Of a stretch of 64,000 nucleotides of DNA, positions 32,997 through 45,186 are shown piece after piece. The notes below the pieces were generated by a model. That model did no database searches. It saw only the letters and a list, made by a program, of their open reading frames with translations, and was not told the DNA's origin. The DNA is from Bacteroidota bacterium (GTDB taxonomy: Bacteria > Bacteroidota > Bacteroidia > Bacteroidales > JAGONC01): NCBI GenBank assembly GCA_022711405.1, contig JAKLFC010000009.1, forward strand, positions 3,771 through 67,770, read 5' to 3'. Position numbers and translations under genes: made by a program. How positions within the stretch are numbered: the first letter of the stretch is position 1; the number at the start of each line of letters is the position of its first letter.

Positions 32997-35783
32997 TCAA
33001 TCGTTCATTAAACAACGGATGGATTGAGCGTATGTTTTAGGTCTCTCATCATACCTCCACATTGAGGTGATATCGTTTCTCATGCCACGAGGCCAGGCCA
33101 ATGATTCATCTATCTGTGTTGAAGTCCAGAACATTCCCAAAACTTTCAGGTTCCAGAACAGCCAGTCATCTGTGGTACGGCTGCCCCCTCCAAAAGCAGT
33201 AAATCCGCTGGAATTGGTCGCATCATTGGGCGATTCCCAGTGAGCCAGGCCTGTTTCCTTCAGATTTCCACCGGCATCGTAACCGCGCCAGCCAATATCT
33301 TCCCATTCCAGGTCTCCTACCTGGAACTGGCTGTCGACAGTGCCTTCCAGTATCTTCCACTCGTCATCGGATGCAAGGTGCCACCCCCCAGGACAGATCC
33401 CCAGTGCGCTTTCGGTCGTGACATACTGCATCGCTTCATCCCATTCATAAAGTCCTCCATAGGTGTCACAATTGTAGGAGATGTTATCATAACAGAATTT
33501 TTCAATCACACCGTTGTTTGTCTGCAATACCCCCGGCCCATTGGTGATCATTGTGCCGATATTCATATTCTCCGCCAGCCAGCATTGATCACCTATGAGA
33601 ACCGTGTTATAGGATTGCCCGTCGCGATCATCCACGATGGGTTCGCCACAGGACCATTCCGGTGCGAAGCTGATCTCCACCGTATCCACCGAAGTGCCAC
33701 ACACCGTGTTGCTGATGGTCCAGGTCAGGGTATATGCATGTTCATACAATCCATTGAATATGCTATGCGGATCATCGGGATCATAAACGTTTCCACCGCT
33801 GCCACTCACAATTTGCCATAAACCGTTGCCAAATGTCGGAGCATTGCCAGCCAGCGTGGTAGAATTACCATGGATATTCAGCTGATCGGGTCCTGCATTT
33901 GCGGTGCCTGTCCATATCTTCAGGGTCATGGCATCGCTGACTGGTTCACAGGGGCCATTCCCATTCACATTCAGTGAAAGGATCACTGGGCCGTTCATTT
34001 TATCCCCTGTACTGGGTGTGTAGACAGCTGTCAGGGATGATGGATCATTAAAAGTCCCTGTACCGGAGGTGGTCCAGAGCGCCGAGGAATAATTGGCAGC
34101 TACCCCGTTCAGGTTCAATGAATACTGGGTGCTGCAGATATCTGCGTCATCCCCGGCATTGGCTTCAGGTGCAGCCGTGAATGTCAATGTCATGGTGGAT
34201 GCAGCATCGGGGCACTCTCCACCCCCGGATGCGGCCAGGGTCAACTCAACCTGTCCGCTGTCCATATCTTCCAGGCTGGGTGTGTACATCGGATTTACCC
34301 TTGTGGGATCATCGAAGGTTCCCGTGCCGGAGGTGGTCCAGAGCAGCGTGGCAAAGTTAGCGGCCGTGGCCCCTGAGAGGGAATAGGCTGCATCTCCGCA
34401 GCTGCCGTCATTCTCCCCTGCATAAGCCTTGACAGGTGCACAGCCCCTGAGGCAACGGACAGAATACCCGGCAGCTTTGTCAACATACTTCCGGTACGCA
34501 TGGGGGCTGGCGTAATTCAGAGCACGGTACCATGCGTTTCCGGTACCATCCTCTGAGGAAGACCAGAAAGAGCCTCCTGCACCCATGTTGGCGAAACCGC
34601 CGGTGCTGTAGTCACGGTTCCCTGCCGGGAGGCCCGTGAATCCACTGGAATTGGTAGCACCATAGTTAGGCGGATTCCAGTGCGTTGTCCCTGCTTCTTT
34701 CAGTCCGCTGCCGACATTATATCCACGGTATCCTTCTCCATCCCATTCCATATTTCCAAAGCCATACTGGCCATCCACGGCTCCTTCCAGCACTTTCCAC
34801 TCTTCATCCATGGGAAGACGCCAGCCAGGCGGGCAGATACCCTTTGTCAATGCTTCTGAACTGTATTGCATCGCTTCGTTCCACTGGTAAAGACCACCAT
34901 AGGTATCACAGTTGGATTCCATATCTCCATAACAGTACTTCTCCATTGTTCCATTGTTCGATTGATCGATTGTTCCTGAAATCATGGTGCCTACGTTCAG
35001 GTTTTCCTTCAGCCAGCACTGGCTGAAGATCTGGAGAGTACTGTAAATCTTCCCTGCGTAACTGACCGATGTTTTTTCCGGGCAGGGGATGTTGGAGGCA
35101 AACTGGAAAACATAGGTCCTGTCGGTCTCCGGCCCATCGAGTATACCGGATTTCTGAATGACAGTAGATCCTGTTTGAAGCGATGCTTTCAGAGCGTATG
35201 CATTGGTGGAGCTTTCCAGGTAATCGAGCCTGCACATTTGCCCAATGAGCGTTTCTGAGGTCAGGATCTTTATGCTCCGGCTTACTTCATTCCACCGGGC
35301 TGTGAAGAAAAAGAGGCCACCGCCGCCGGGAAGGAATCTGAACGAATGAGTGCCCTGATCAAGTTGCCGGTCAGAGGCGAGGACCACCCTGCCCTGTACG
35401 TCGGTGACCATGATCTTCACGGTTCCTTTTTCCGGAATGTACATCGAAATGACAGTCTGGTCTGTCACCGGATTCGGGTAGTTCTGAAACAGCTGGAATG
35501 AATTCATCACCGTACCGGACCCGGAAATGCCCACAAAGGCCGGAGTAGCATAACCGATATAAAGCAGGAGGTCACCCGGGGTAATCTCAAGCGATACACT
35601 GGTGTCGGGCCAGTAGATCGTGGTCCCACCACCCTGGGTGCGGTTCATGATCTGAACGCTGTCCAGCCGGACATAAGCAGCACTGTCAATGGCAGTGAAA
35701 GTCAGGTGGAAGGACGTGCTCTGCCCCACGGTCAGCATGAATGCTGCGACAAGGATCAGCAGCAGGGTAAATTTTGTTTTCAT
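32997..35783 (-). CDS. Giant secreted protein with two FISUMP domains, Ig-like repeats and an internal T9SS-CTD-like domain
   Basis: Start chosen at MKTKFTLLLILVAAF (signal peptide). Two Fibrobacter-succinogenes-major-paralogous-type domains are present: YGGLYQWNEAMQ...CPPGWRLPMDEEW...SVRCLRG, and YGGLYEWDEAMQ...CPGGWHLASDDEW...SIRCLMND. Three LWTTSGTGTF.DP repeats lie between them. Confidence 0.8.
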   Translation of the reverse strand: MKTKFTLLLILVAAFMLTVGQSTSFHLTFTAIDSAAYVRLDSVQIMNRTQGGGTTIYWPDTSVSLEITPGDLLLYIGYATPAFVGISGSGTVMNSFQLFQNYPNPVTDQTVISMYIPEKGTVKIMVTDVQGRVVLASDRQLDQGTHSFRFLPGGGGLFFFTARWNEVSRSIKILTSETLIGQMCRLDYLESSTNAYALKASLQTGSTVIQKSGILDGPETDRTYVFQFASNIPCPEKTSVSYAGKIYSTLQIFSQCWLKENLNVGTMISGTIDQSNNGTMEKYCYGDMESNCDTYGGLYQWNEAMQYSSEALTKGICPPGWRLPMDEEWKVLEGAVDGQYGFGNMEWDGEGYRGYNVGSGLKEAGTTHWNPPNYGATNSSGFTGLPAGNRDYSTGGFANMGAGGSFWSSSEDGTGNAWYRALNYASPHAYRKYVDKAAGYSVRCLRGCAPVKAYAGENDGSCGDAAYSLSGATAANFATLLWTTSGTGTFDDPTRVNPMYTPSLEDMDSGQVELTLAASGGGECPDAASTMTLTFTAAPEANAGDDADICSTQYSLNLNGVAANYSSALWTTSGTGTFNDPSSLTAVYTPSTGDKMNGPVILSLNVNGNGPCEPVSDAMTLKIWTGTANAGPDQLNIHGNSTTLAGNAPTFGNGLWQIVSGSGGNVYDPDDPHSIFNGLYEHAYTLTWTISNTVCGTSVDTVEISFAPEWSCGEPIVDDRDGQSYNTVLIGDQCWLAENMNIGTMITNGPGVLQTNNGVIEKFCYDNISYNCDTYGGLYEWDEAMQYVTTESALGICPGGWHLASDDEWKILEGTVDSQFQVGDLEWEDIGWRGYDAGGNLKETGLAHWESPNDATNSSGFTAFGGGSRTTDDWLFWNLKVLGMFWTSTQIDESLAWPRGMRNDITSMWRYDERPKTYAQSIRCLMND

Positions 35784-35792
35784 AAGTGAAGA

Positions 35793-35878
35793 TTTTAGAG
35801 TTCGGATCAAATGTAGGAATGGTTTAAGCAGGATTCTTACGGGAGTTTCCGGTTTGCGGGGTAGAGTTTCCGGTTGGA
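35793..35878 (-). promoter_or_regulatory. Bipartite conserved promoter region with two AGTTTCCGGT repeats 21 bp apart (LytTR-box-like)
   Basis: GAGTTTCCGGTT occurs at 35843..35854 and 35864..35875. The 19-nt block 35793..35811 (sense TTTGATCCGAACTCTAAAA) ends 9 nt from the ATG at 35783. The same architecture occurs at 41428..41513. Confidence 0.55.
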
Positions 35879-36042
35879 TGAGATCCCGACTTGTGAGCAG
35901 ACATATATAATGATCACCACTGGTCAGCATGATATTTTCGTGGCGATGATTCTTTTATCATTGATTTGGGCATAAAATAACCATATATTTGCTTATAACG
36001 ATCTCTCCCCCCGGCTGGAGGAGGGGTCATAACAAACACCCC

Positions 36043-38964
<2,922 letters not shown>

Positions 38965-39036
38965 TCAACCTGATCTGAAGTCTATGATCCTGTATGGCAG
39001 GATTGTAAAATAAAAAACGAGCTGTACCCAACATAC

Positions 39037-39145
39037 TTAACCACAAAGGAACTCAAAGGTTTTCACGAAGATCACAAAGTATATTAATTGATTATCAATA
39101 ACTTGATGTTCCCTGGTGTAATCCTTTGAGTTCCTTCGTGGTTAA
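39037..39145. repeat. 109-nt inverted-repeat element of the TTAACCAC family between convergent genes
   Basis: The arms are TTAACCACAAAGGAACTCAAAGG (39037..39059) and CCTTTGAGTTCCTTCGTGGTTAA (39123..39145), matching at 22/23. Internal CACGAAG and CACAAAG heptamers are present. Confidence 0.8.
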
Positions 39146-39191
39146 AAATGAATTTTGAAACAGTCTCTTTTTGAATTGATCAGCTGGTTAT

Positions 39192-41417
39192 CTATTTCTG
39201 TACAACGAGTTTTTTCGTTGTTGAAAAATCGCCGGCCTGCAGACGATAAAAATACATTCCAGTGGAAAGGTCATCCGATGAAAGCTGAACAATATGCTCT
39301 CCCATGCTTTGAAACTCGCTCACCAGCATTATGACTTCTTTTCCGAAAGAATTGTATACTTTCAATGTAACAAATTCATCGACCGGGAGGGAATAATGGA
39401 TCGTCGTGTACGCATTGAATGGATTGGGATAATTCCACGTCCGGGGGCTTTCTGCTGTTGAAAGATCAGCCGTTGCCATCACTCCGCCCTGTTTTAAAAG
39501 GAAATGTTTAAGGACATCAATGATCCTTTCCGCGGAGGCTATCAATGCATTTGCCTGATCATCAGACAGTATTCCTGCATTGTGGAAGTCAGTCACCTGG
39601 TTGATAAATGCATAAAGCATGTTGATCGCTGCGTTATGATTTTCCTGATCCATCTTTTTTATTGCATTCTCAAGTTTAACGATGAGGGAATTTCCTTGTC
39701 CCTTGTTGAGTACTTTGGAAGCGACCAGTTCCTGAACGTCTGCAATCAGATCGTGCGTTGCCTCCTGCGGGGTTTGGACCGTGATATTGACAAGGCAGGA
39801 CTCACTATCCTCAGTACCATCATTAACGATGAGTTGCACCTGGTACTCTCCTGCGACATCCGCTTCAAAGCTGGGATCCACGACGGCTGAATTGCTGAGT
39901 GTGGCACTGCTGCCGGAGGGCTGGGACAGGATGGACCACGAATAGGTGATCGCGTCCCCGTCCTGGTCACTGGAACCGCTGCCATCCAGCTGGACCGTTT
40001 CGGTAATGATCTTGAGCTGGTCATCTCCGCAATCAGCGACCGGGGGCAGATTTACCAGGAGTTTCATGAGGAATGCGTCGGATCCACCGACGCGTGTTGG
40101 ACCGAGATCTCCGTTAGTTTGTCCGTTGAAATAAGCGAATGAGGATGATACAGCCAGGGTCCATGTATAATCCCTGGCTGTTGTTGTTCCAACTTTTGCA
40201 CTGCCTATCTGCTTGATCCAAAGCTGGTCACCGTTTTGATTATATTTGGCAATAAAAATATCCTCTCCACCAATGTTGGTGGTTTGTCCGGTAAAGGTGC
40301 CGGTAGTAAATCCATTGATGTAAACACCTGAAGTGCTGGCAGAAATGCCAAATCCATTATCAACTCCTATAGTTCCGGAAGTTCCGGGAGTTCCGAATTC
40401 CCTGACCCATAGCATATTGCCGTCGAGGTCATGCTTCGCTATAAAAACATCGGAATTTCCAAGATAGATTTGACCGGTGAAAGTACCATTGGTAAACCCT
40501 GAAACGTATAAGGCTGTTTTGTCAGCCGAGATCTCTTGTACGTAATCAGGTAAAGTAGTTCCAAATCGTTGGTTCCAGGCCTCACACCCTTCAAGGCTGT
40601 ATTTTGCAATGAAGTAATCATTTTGACTCCCTACACTGTTATCGTATCCGCAAATATAGAATCCTGAGGCAACAACATAAATGCCGGTACACCAGTCATT
40701 TCCGGCAGTTCCCTTTTGTGTAAGCCAAAGCTGAGTGCCATCTGGACTGTATTTAGTAATAAAATAATCCCTTCCGCCTAGATTGGAATATCCCGAAAAA
40801 GCACCAAATGTGGTACCGGTTATGTATATGCCCGTTGCATCCAAAGCGATTGCATCACTCGGATTATCCAAACCTGCTGTTCCAAATTGTGTTGTCCAGA
40901 GCTCATTGCCGTTGTGATCATACTTTTTAATAAAAGCATCTGAAGAACCAAAGTTGGAAGGACCGGAGAGTATACCATTTGTGTATCCCATAACGTAAAC
41001 GCCTGAGGCGTCAACAGCAACTCCGGTTGCATTATCGTCGCTAGCTGTTCCGAATTGCCTGATCCATAGCTGATTGCCAGCAAGATCGTATTTTGCGATA
41101 TAGGCATCATAAGCAGGTAAAGCTGGAGGAGCCGGGACCGGGCTGGGATTGGTGAATCCCGGGAAGCTTCCGCTCGTATATCCGGCAACATATATGAAAT
41201 TCCCATCGGTACAGATACCTCTGCTTATATCAGCCATTGAGGGATTACTCCCACATGTAGTACCATACTGCCGGATCCAGGTGATGCCGGGAACCGTTTG
41301 TGCATGAACGGATCCCCACTGGCAGACCGTTGATATAAAAAGCACCATGAACACGTATGCGTTCATCTGCAGGCTCCTTGAAAGAGCTCCCTGAAAAGAG
41401 GTAGAATTTGTTTTCAT
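39192..41417 (-). CDS. T9SS-secreted protein: SBBP-type beta-propeller repeats, PKD/Ig-like domain, helical region, C-terminal sorting domain
   Basis: 741 aa with a signal peptide. It has at least 7 repeats of about 45 aa (FGT..D.A.G...D..G.Y..G.T.G.F.G......D.FI.KY...G..LW). The PKD-like segment reads DGSGSSDQDGDAITYSW. The T9SS CTD reads WNYPNPFNAYTTIHYSLP...GMYFYRLQAGDFSTTKKLVVQK. Confidence 0.8.
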   Translation of the reverse strand: MKTNSTSFQGALSRSLQMNAYVFMVLFISTVCQWGSVHAQTVPGITWIRQYGTTCGSNPSMADISRGICTDGNFIYVAGYTSGSFPGFTNPSPVPAPPALPAYDAYIAKYDLAGNQLWIRQFGTASDDNATGVAVDASGVYVMGYTNGILSGPSNFGSSDAFIKKYDHNGNELWTTQFGTAGLDNPSDAIALDATGIYITGTTFGAFSGYSNLGGRDYFITKYSPDGTQLWLTQKGTAGNDWCTGIYVVASGFYICGYDNSVGSQNDYFIAKYSLEGCEAWNQRFGTTLPDYVQEISADKTALYVSGFTNGTFTGQIYLGNSDVFIAKHDLDGNMLWVREFGTPGTSGTIGVDNGFGISASTSGVYINGFTTGTFTGQTTNIGGEDIFIAKYNQNGDQLWIKQIGSAKVGTTTARDYTWTLAVSSSFAYFNGQTNGDLGPTRVGGSDAFLMKLLVNLPPVADCGDDQLKIITETVQLDGSGSSDQDGDAITYSWSILSQPSGSSATLSNSAVVDPSFEADVAGEYQVQLIVNDGTEDSESCLVNITVQTPQEATHDLIADVQELVASKVLNKGQGNSLIVKLENAIKKMDQENHNAAINMLYAFINQVTDFHNAGILSDDQANALIASAERIIDVLKHFLLKQGGVMATADLSTAESPRTWNYPNPFNAYTTIHYSLPVDEFVTLKVYNSFGKEVIMLVSEFQSMGEHIVQLSSDDLSTGMYFYRLQAGDFSTTKKLVVQK

Positions 41418-41427
41418 AAGTTTGGGG

Positions 41428-41513
41428 TTTTAAAGTTCGGATCAAACTTATGATAATAAAAATGCTGATCCATTCGGGAGTTTCCCGTTTACGGGAATCA
41501 GTTTCCGGTTGGA
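41428..41513 (-). promoter_or_regulatory. Second copy of the bipartite promoter (AGTTTCC(C/G)GT x2, 21-bp register)
   Basis: AGTTTCCCGT at 41479..41488 and AGTTTCCGGT at 41500..41509. The 19-nt block 41428..41446 (sense TTTGATCCGAACTTTAAAA) ends 10 nt from the ATG at 41417. Confidence 0.55.
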
Positions 41514-41562
41514 GGGGGAGATGACCCCTCCCCCGACACCCCCTCCCCTTCAGGGGAGGGGG
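41511..41562 (-). terminator. GC-rich hairpins between the LytTR gene stop and the downstream promoter
   Basis: CCCCCTCCCCT-TC-AGGGGAGGGGG (41539..41562) has an 11-bp stem. GGAGGGG-N7-CCCCTCC lies at 41511..41531. Both sit directly after the stop at 41578..41580. There is no clear U-run, so the terminator role is inferred. Confidence 0.45.
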
Positions 41563-41577
41563 ACGGGGGGTGAGGTA

Positions 41578-42321
41578 TTACTCCTCAATCGCTTTCAGGA
41601 ATTCATCCTTGCGGCTGCGGGATACCGGTACGGTTTCTCCTGTCGTCATGATCACGTGTCCCCCTTCGCCGCGAATATACTGTTTAACCTGGCCGAGATT
41701 GATGATATGGGAATAGTGCACGCGGATGAAATTATGGTTGAGCAGCCGTTCCTCGAAGTCCCCCAGAGGGCTTGACACCATGATCCTTTCATGGGTATTC
41801 AGTGAAAAAACCGAATAGGCCCTGTCGGCTTCGGCATGCACGATATCCTCGAAATTGACAAAAACAAATCCTTCCAGTGTCGGTAACGGTAATTTCAGGC
41901 ACTTCGGATTGAAATAGGCCTCTTTCTGTTTTGAGGGCTTTGAGGATCCGAACTTCTTCATGAACTTCGTCAAGGCATGGCTAAGGTCATCCTTCGTAAC
42001 AGGTTTGATCAGGAAGTCGAGTGCGCTGTGCCGTATGGCATCCAGCGCATAGCTGCTGTGCGAGGTGGTGACGATCACCTCAAAAGGAACCTCCTGCATT
42101 TCAGAGAGCAGGTCAAATCCTTTTCCATCGGGCAGTTCGACGTCGAGGAAAAGAAGATCGATGTTCAGGCATTTAAGCAACATCCTGGCTTCCTGCAGGG
42201 AGGTGGCGGTCCCAGCCACCTTTATTTCCGGGAAATGATCATTGAGCAGATCCTGTAAAATCAAGCTGTCCAGAGGGTTATCCTCGGTGATCAGCGCCAG
42301 AAACCTGCGTAGATGTTCCAT
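41578..42321 (-). CDS. LytTR-family response regulator (REC + LytTR DNA-binding domain)
   Basis: 247 aa. The receiver motifs are ITEDNP, DLLFLDVELPDGKGFD and IKPV. The C-terminal LytTR pattern reads FVFVNFEDIVHAEADRAYSVFSL...FIRVHYSHIINLGQVKQY. Confidence 0.9.
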   Translation of the reverse strand: MEHLRRFLALITEDNPLDSLILQDLLNDHFPEIKVAGTATSLQEARMLLKCLNIDLLFLDVELPDGKGFDLLSEMQEVPFEVIVTTSHSSYALDAIRHSALDFLIKPVTKDDLSHALTKFMKKFGSSKPSKQKEAYFNPKCLKLPLPTLEGFVFVNFEDIVHAEADRAYSVFSLNTHERIMVSSPLGDFEERLLNHNFIRVHYSHIINLGQVKQYIRGEGGHVIMTTGETVPVSRSRKDEFLKAIEE

Positions 42322-42459
42322 CCTGAATTTGATTTCGGTGTAAATATATTAAATTTGGGATAGTGGTGCTTAATGGAAATTCTTGAAAACTGTTTCAATG
42401 GATTGCATCATTCAATAAAAATATATTAATTTCGGGCATTCAACTTTAAAACACCTCTT

Positions 42460-43113
42460 ATGAAACCTAACATCATCATTGCTTTCATGCTTTTATGCAT
42501 GACATTCTTCTGCGCATGTGAACTCTTCGAGGATGATGACGACAATACCTCCATCAGTGGTGAGCAATCGGAAATGGGGAAAGTAGGGACGACCGTTGAA
42601 TCCACATCGGTGGAATACTTTGGGGTGAAGGATTTTCATGCTGAGGTGACCACCCTCAGCGACGGGGTTTCCTCCCTGTCGGGCAGTGCAGTGGTTACGA
42701 ATACATTCCTGAAGAACCTCATGTCGAATTTCCCGGAAGTGACCATCAAGGGCGATACGGTGATCGCCACGGGCATTAAAGGCAAGAATACGAAGGAAGG
42801 AATTGAGCTGATCTCGGGTCCGACACACGGCATCATCGTCAAATACGGCTCTTCGGTCGGGGATGAGTACCCGATCGGATCCACGGGCACCTCCCGAAAG
42901 GTGGTCAGCAAGTCCTCGACAGACGATTACCCCTACGGATTCATGTACATCAAAGTGATACAGGTCGAGGAAATCCCGTCTGCCCTTAAAAGTGCAGGGA
43001 TCAGCAAGATCACCTACTGGGCCAATCACCGTTTCGGGCTGGTAGGCGTCGATTTCACGTTTGATGATCAGACCACCGCTGATTTTCCAATCTACACCAG
43101 CGCAGAGAACTAA
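42460..43113 (+). CDS. Lipoprotein of unknown function
   Basis: 217 aa with a lipobox-like signal (MTFFCAC). I recognise no motif. Confidence 0.55.
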   Translation: MKPNIIIAFMLLCMTFFCACELFEDDDDNTSISGEQSEMGKVGTTVESTSVEYFGVKDFHAEVTTLSDGVSSLSGSAVVTNTFLKNLMSNFPEVTIKGDTVIATGIKGKNTKEGIELISGPTHGIIVKYGSSVGDEYPIGSTGTSRKVVSKSSTDDYPYGFMYIKVIQVEEIPSALKSAGISKITYWANHRFGLVGVDFTFDDQTTADFPIYTSAEN

Positions 43114-43141
43114 AGGGGATCAGGTCCCGGAGCATCATCCC

Positions 43142-44395
43142 ATGAGAACCCTTACGATCAGGGGAGAGAAAAAACGGATCCCGCCTTATCCGCATCACAA
43201 GAACTTTGTTTACCGTGCGAACCTTTTTTTCACAGCGAACCACCTGCTGGGCTGGTTCATGGTCAACGGACCCCGGAAAGCGCTTCGGAGGATGTGGATC
43301 CAAAAGAGGTACGGCTTTTCAGTACCCCTCAACCTGCTGATCGATCCCACCAGCGCATGCAACCTCAACTGCCTGGGGTGCTGGGCGGCCGACTATGGCA
43401 AAACAAGCGAGCTTTCCTATGACAAGCTTGATGAGATCCTTACGGAAGCATGGCATCTGGGTATTTATGACATCGTCATGAGCGGCGGGGAACCCCTCAT
43501 GCGGAAAGCAGATATCCTGAGGTTATGTGAAAAGCACAAGGAACTCTCCTTTGCCCTTTTTACGAACGGGACCCTCATCGATGACTCCTTTGCCGATGAA
43601 ATCGCCAGGCTGGGTAACCTGAATATTTTTGTCAGCATCGAAGGATTCCGGGAAAAGACTGATTTCAGACGGGGTAAAGGGACTTTCGATAAAGCTACAG
43701 CTGCCATGGATCTGTTAAAATCGCGTGACATTGGATTCGGTTTTTCGGTTTGTTATCATGCGCTGAATTATGAGGAGGTATGCAGTGATGCCTTCCTGGA
43801 TTTCCTGCTGGAAAAGGGAGCGTGGATGGGATGGATGTTCATCTACATGCCAATCGGCAGTGATGCGGACAGTAGCCTCTGCCTGAATGCAAACCAGCGT
43901 ACCTACGTAAGGGAGAAGCTCGGATCCTACCGGACCAGGCACCGCTTCACGCTCATCGATTTTGCCAACCTCGGCCACAAGGCGTTTGGATGCGTGGCCG
44001 CTGGCAATGAATTTGCCCACATCAACGCGCACGGGGACCTGGAACCCTGTGCCTTCTTTCACTATTCCGATACGAACCTGCATGACAAAACCCTGAAAGA
44101 GGCCCTGGCTTCCCCCTTTTTCAGGCATTTCAGGAAACACAAACCGCTCTCTGAAAATCCTCACCGCCCATGCCCCATCATGGATGTGCCGGAAAAACTG
44201 GTCCCGATCATTCATCATGAAGGAGTGCTTTCGACCCATCTGCATCATCCGGAGACCGCTGAGGCGCTTGCCTCGAAGACCCGACCCCTGGCAGAAGGAT
44301 GGAAAATAAAAGCCGATGAACTGTTCAGGGATATGCCTGAAAAAGAGAAGCGAAAGTTCCGCCGGCTTGCCCGGTTCATCATTTACCGGCACTGA
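43142..44395 (+). CDS. Radical SAM protein of an uncharacterised family
   Basis: Start chosen at MRTLTIRGEKK, which avoids overlap with the upstream gene. It has CNLNCLGCW (CX3CX2C), GGEPLMR and the conserved C-terminal region HINAHGDLEPCAFFHYSD...RPCPIMD. Confidence 0.8.
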   Translation: MRTLTIRGEKKRIPPYPHHKNFVYRANLFFTANHLLGWFMVNGPRKALRRMWIQKRYGFSVPLNLLIDPTSACNLNCLGCWAADYGKTSELSYDKLDEILTEAWHLGIYDIVMSGGEPLMRKADILRLCEKHKELSFALFTNGTLIDDSFADEIARLGNLNIFVSIEGFREKTDFRRGKGTFDKATAAMDLLKSRDIGFGFSVCYHALNYEEVCSDAFLDFLLEKGAWMGWMFIYMPIGSDADSSLCLNANQRTYVREKLGSYRTRHRFTLIDFANLGHKAFGCVAAGNEFAHINAHGDLEPCAFFHYSDTNLHDKTLKEALASPFFRHFRKHKPLSENPHRPCPIMDVPEKLVPIIHHEGVLSTHLHHPETAEALASKTRPLAEGWKIKADELFRDMPEKEKRKFRRLARFIIYRH

Positions 44396-44488
44396 ATCCT
44401 CCACTTACTATTCCATTGCGGGTACAGGGATAGAATTAAAAAATTTCCATATCGACCGTTCAGAATGTATAAAAAGCCTATATATTTG

Positions 44489-44508
44489 CATACCGAACGT
44501 TTAGTATG
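44489..44508. promoter_or_regulatory. Imperfect 20-nt palindrome, candidate TetR operator
   Basis: CATACCGAACGTTTAGTATG is self-complementary at 16/20 positions and ends 8 nt upstream of the TetR ATG (44516). Confidence 0.4.
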
Positions 44509-44515
44509 TAATGCC

Positions 44516-45103
44516 ATGGCGGAAACAAGAGAAATCATCATTGACCAGGCGTACCGGCTTTTCCTGAGCAGAAGCTATGAAGCCGTATCGATCCAGGATA
44601 TCAGCAAATCGGTCGGGCTGACCAAAGGGGCGCTCTATCATCATTTTCTGAACAAGGAGGAGCTGTTTAAGGCCGTTATCGACAAGTACCTCAAACTGGT
44701 GGGTCTGATCCAGGTCAGGCAGGATATCACCCTGGAGGAGTATATACAGGTGATCATTGAATATGTCAGCCGGATCGTCCAAACGATCTGCATCGACGGC
44801 CAGTCATTCATTCCCGTCAAGTACCTGTTGTTGCTGATCGATGCCCTGAGGCACTACCCCGGGTATATGGACGAGCAACGGCATTTCTACACATTAGGTA
44901 CTGATCATCTGAAAACCATTCTGGACAGGGCTGTAAAAAATGGTGAGATCCGGGGAGATATCGACACTTCCCTGGTAGCATTGAATTTCACTTCCATTGC
45001 GCTTGGTGTAGCTGCCAGCCTTTTCAGGGAACATTCGACGCAGGAAACCATCCAGCTACTTCGATCCCAGATGGTTGAATATTACAAGATCCTGAAAAAA
45101 TAA
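44516..45103 (+). CDS. TetR/AcrR-family transcriptional repressor
   Basis: Start chosen at MAETREIIIDQAYRLF. The HTH is YEAVSIQDISKSVGLTKGALYHHFLNKEELF. Confidence 0.85.
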   Translation: MAETREIIIDQAYRLFLSRSYEAVSIQDISKSVGLTKGALYHHFLNKEELFKAVIDKYLKLVGLIQVRQDITLEEYIQVIIEYVSRIVQTICIDGQSFIPVKYLLLLIDALRHYPGYMDEQRHFYTLGTDHLKTILDRAVKNGEIRGDIDTSLVALNFTSIALGVAASLFREHSTQETIQLLRSQMVEYYKILKK

Positions 45104-45186
45104 ACGAAACAGATGTGACAACTCCCCTGATCATAAGTTGCATGAAAAGCGGGTAAAAGAGTGATAACAATTTAAATCTTAATCAT

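Noticed and set aside
32997-34700. Possibility that the two FISUMP (C-type-lectin-like) domains represent a diversity-generating retroelement VR/TR pair.
   Set aside because: No reverse transcriptase or accessory gene is in the window. The two domains differ throughout, at all base types and with indels, rather than at adenine-specific positions. They are ordinary diverged paralogous domains.
35784-35930. 49-codon N-terminal extension of the FISUMP ORF. Analogous extensions occur at 22433..22525 (GH63-like), 35989..36042 (kinase), 43061..43141 (radical SAM), 44465..44515 (TetR), 7767..7853 (MNT), 19607..19648 and 26689..26721.
   Set aside because: The extensions lack signal-peptide or domain features. 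They overlap neighbouring genes or the conserved promoter blocks. An internal Met immediately precedes a canonical signal peptide or conserved N-terminus. I used the shorter starts.
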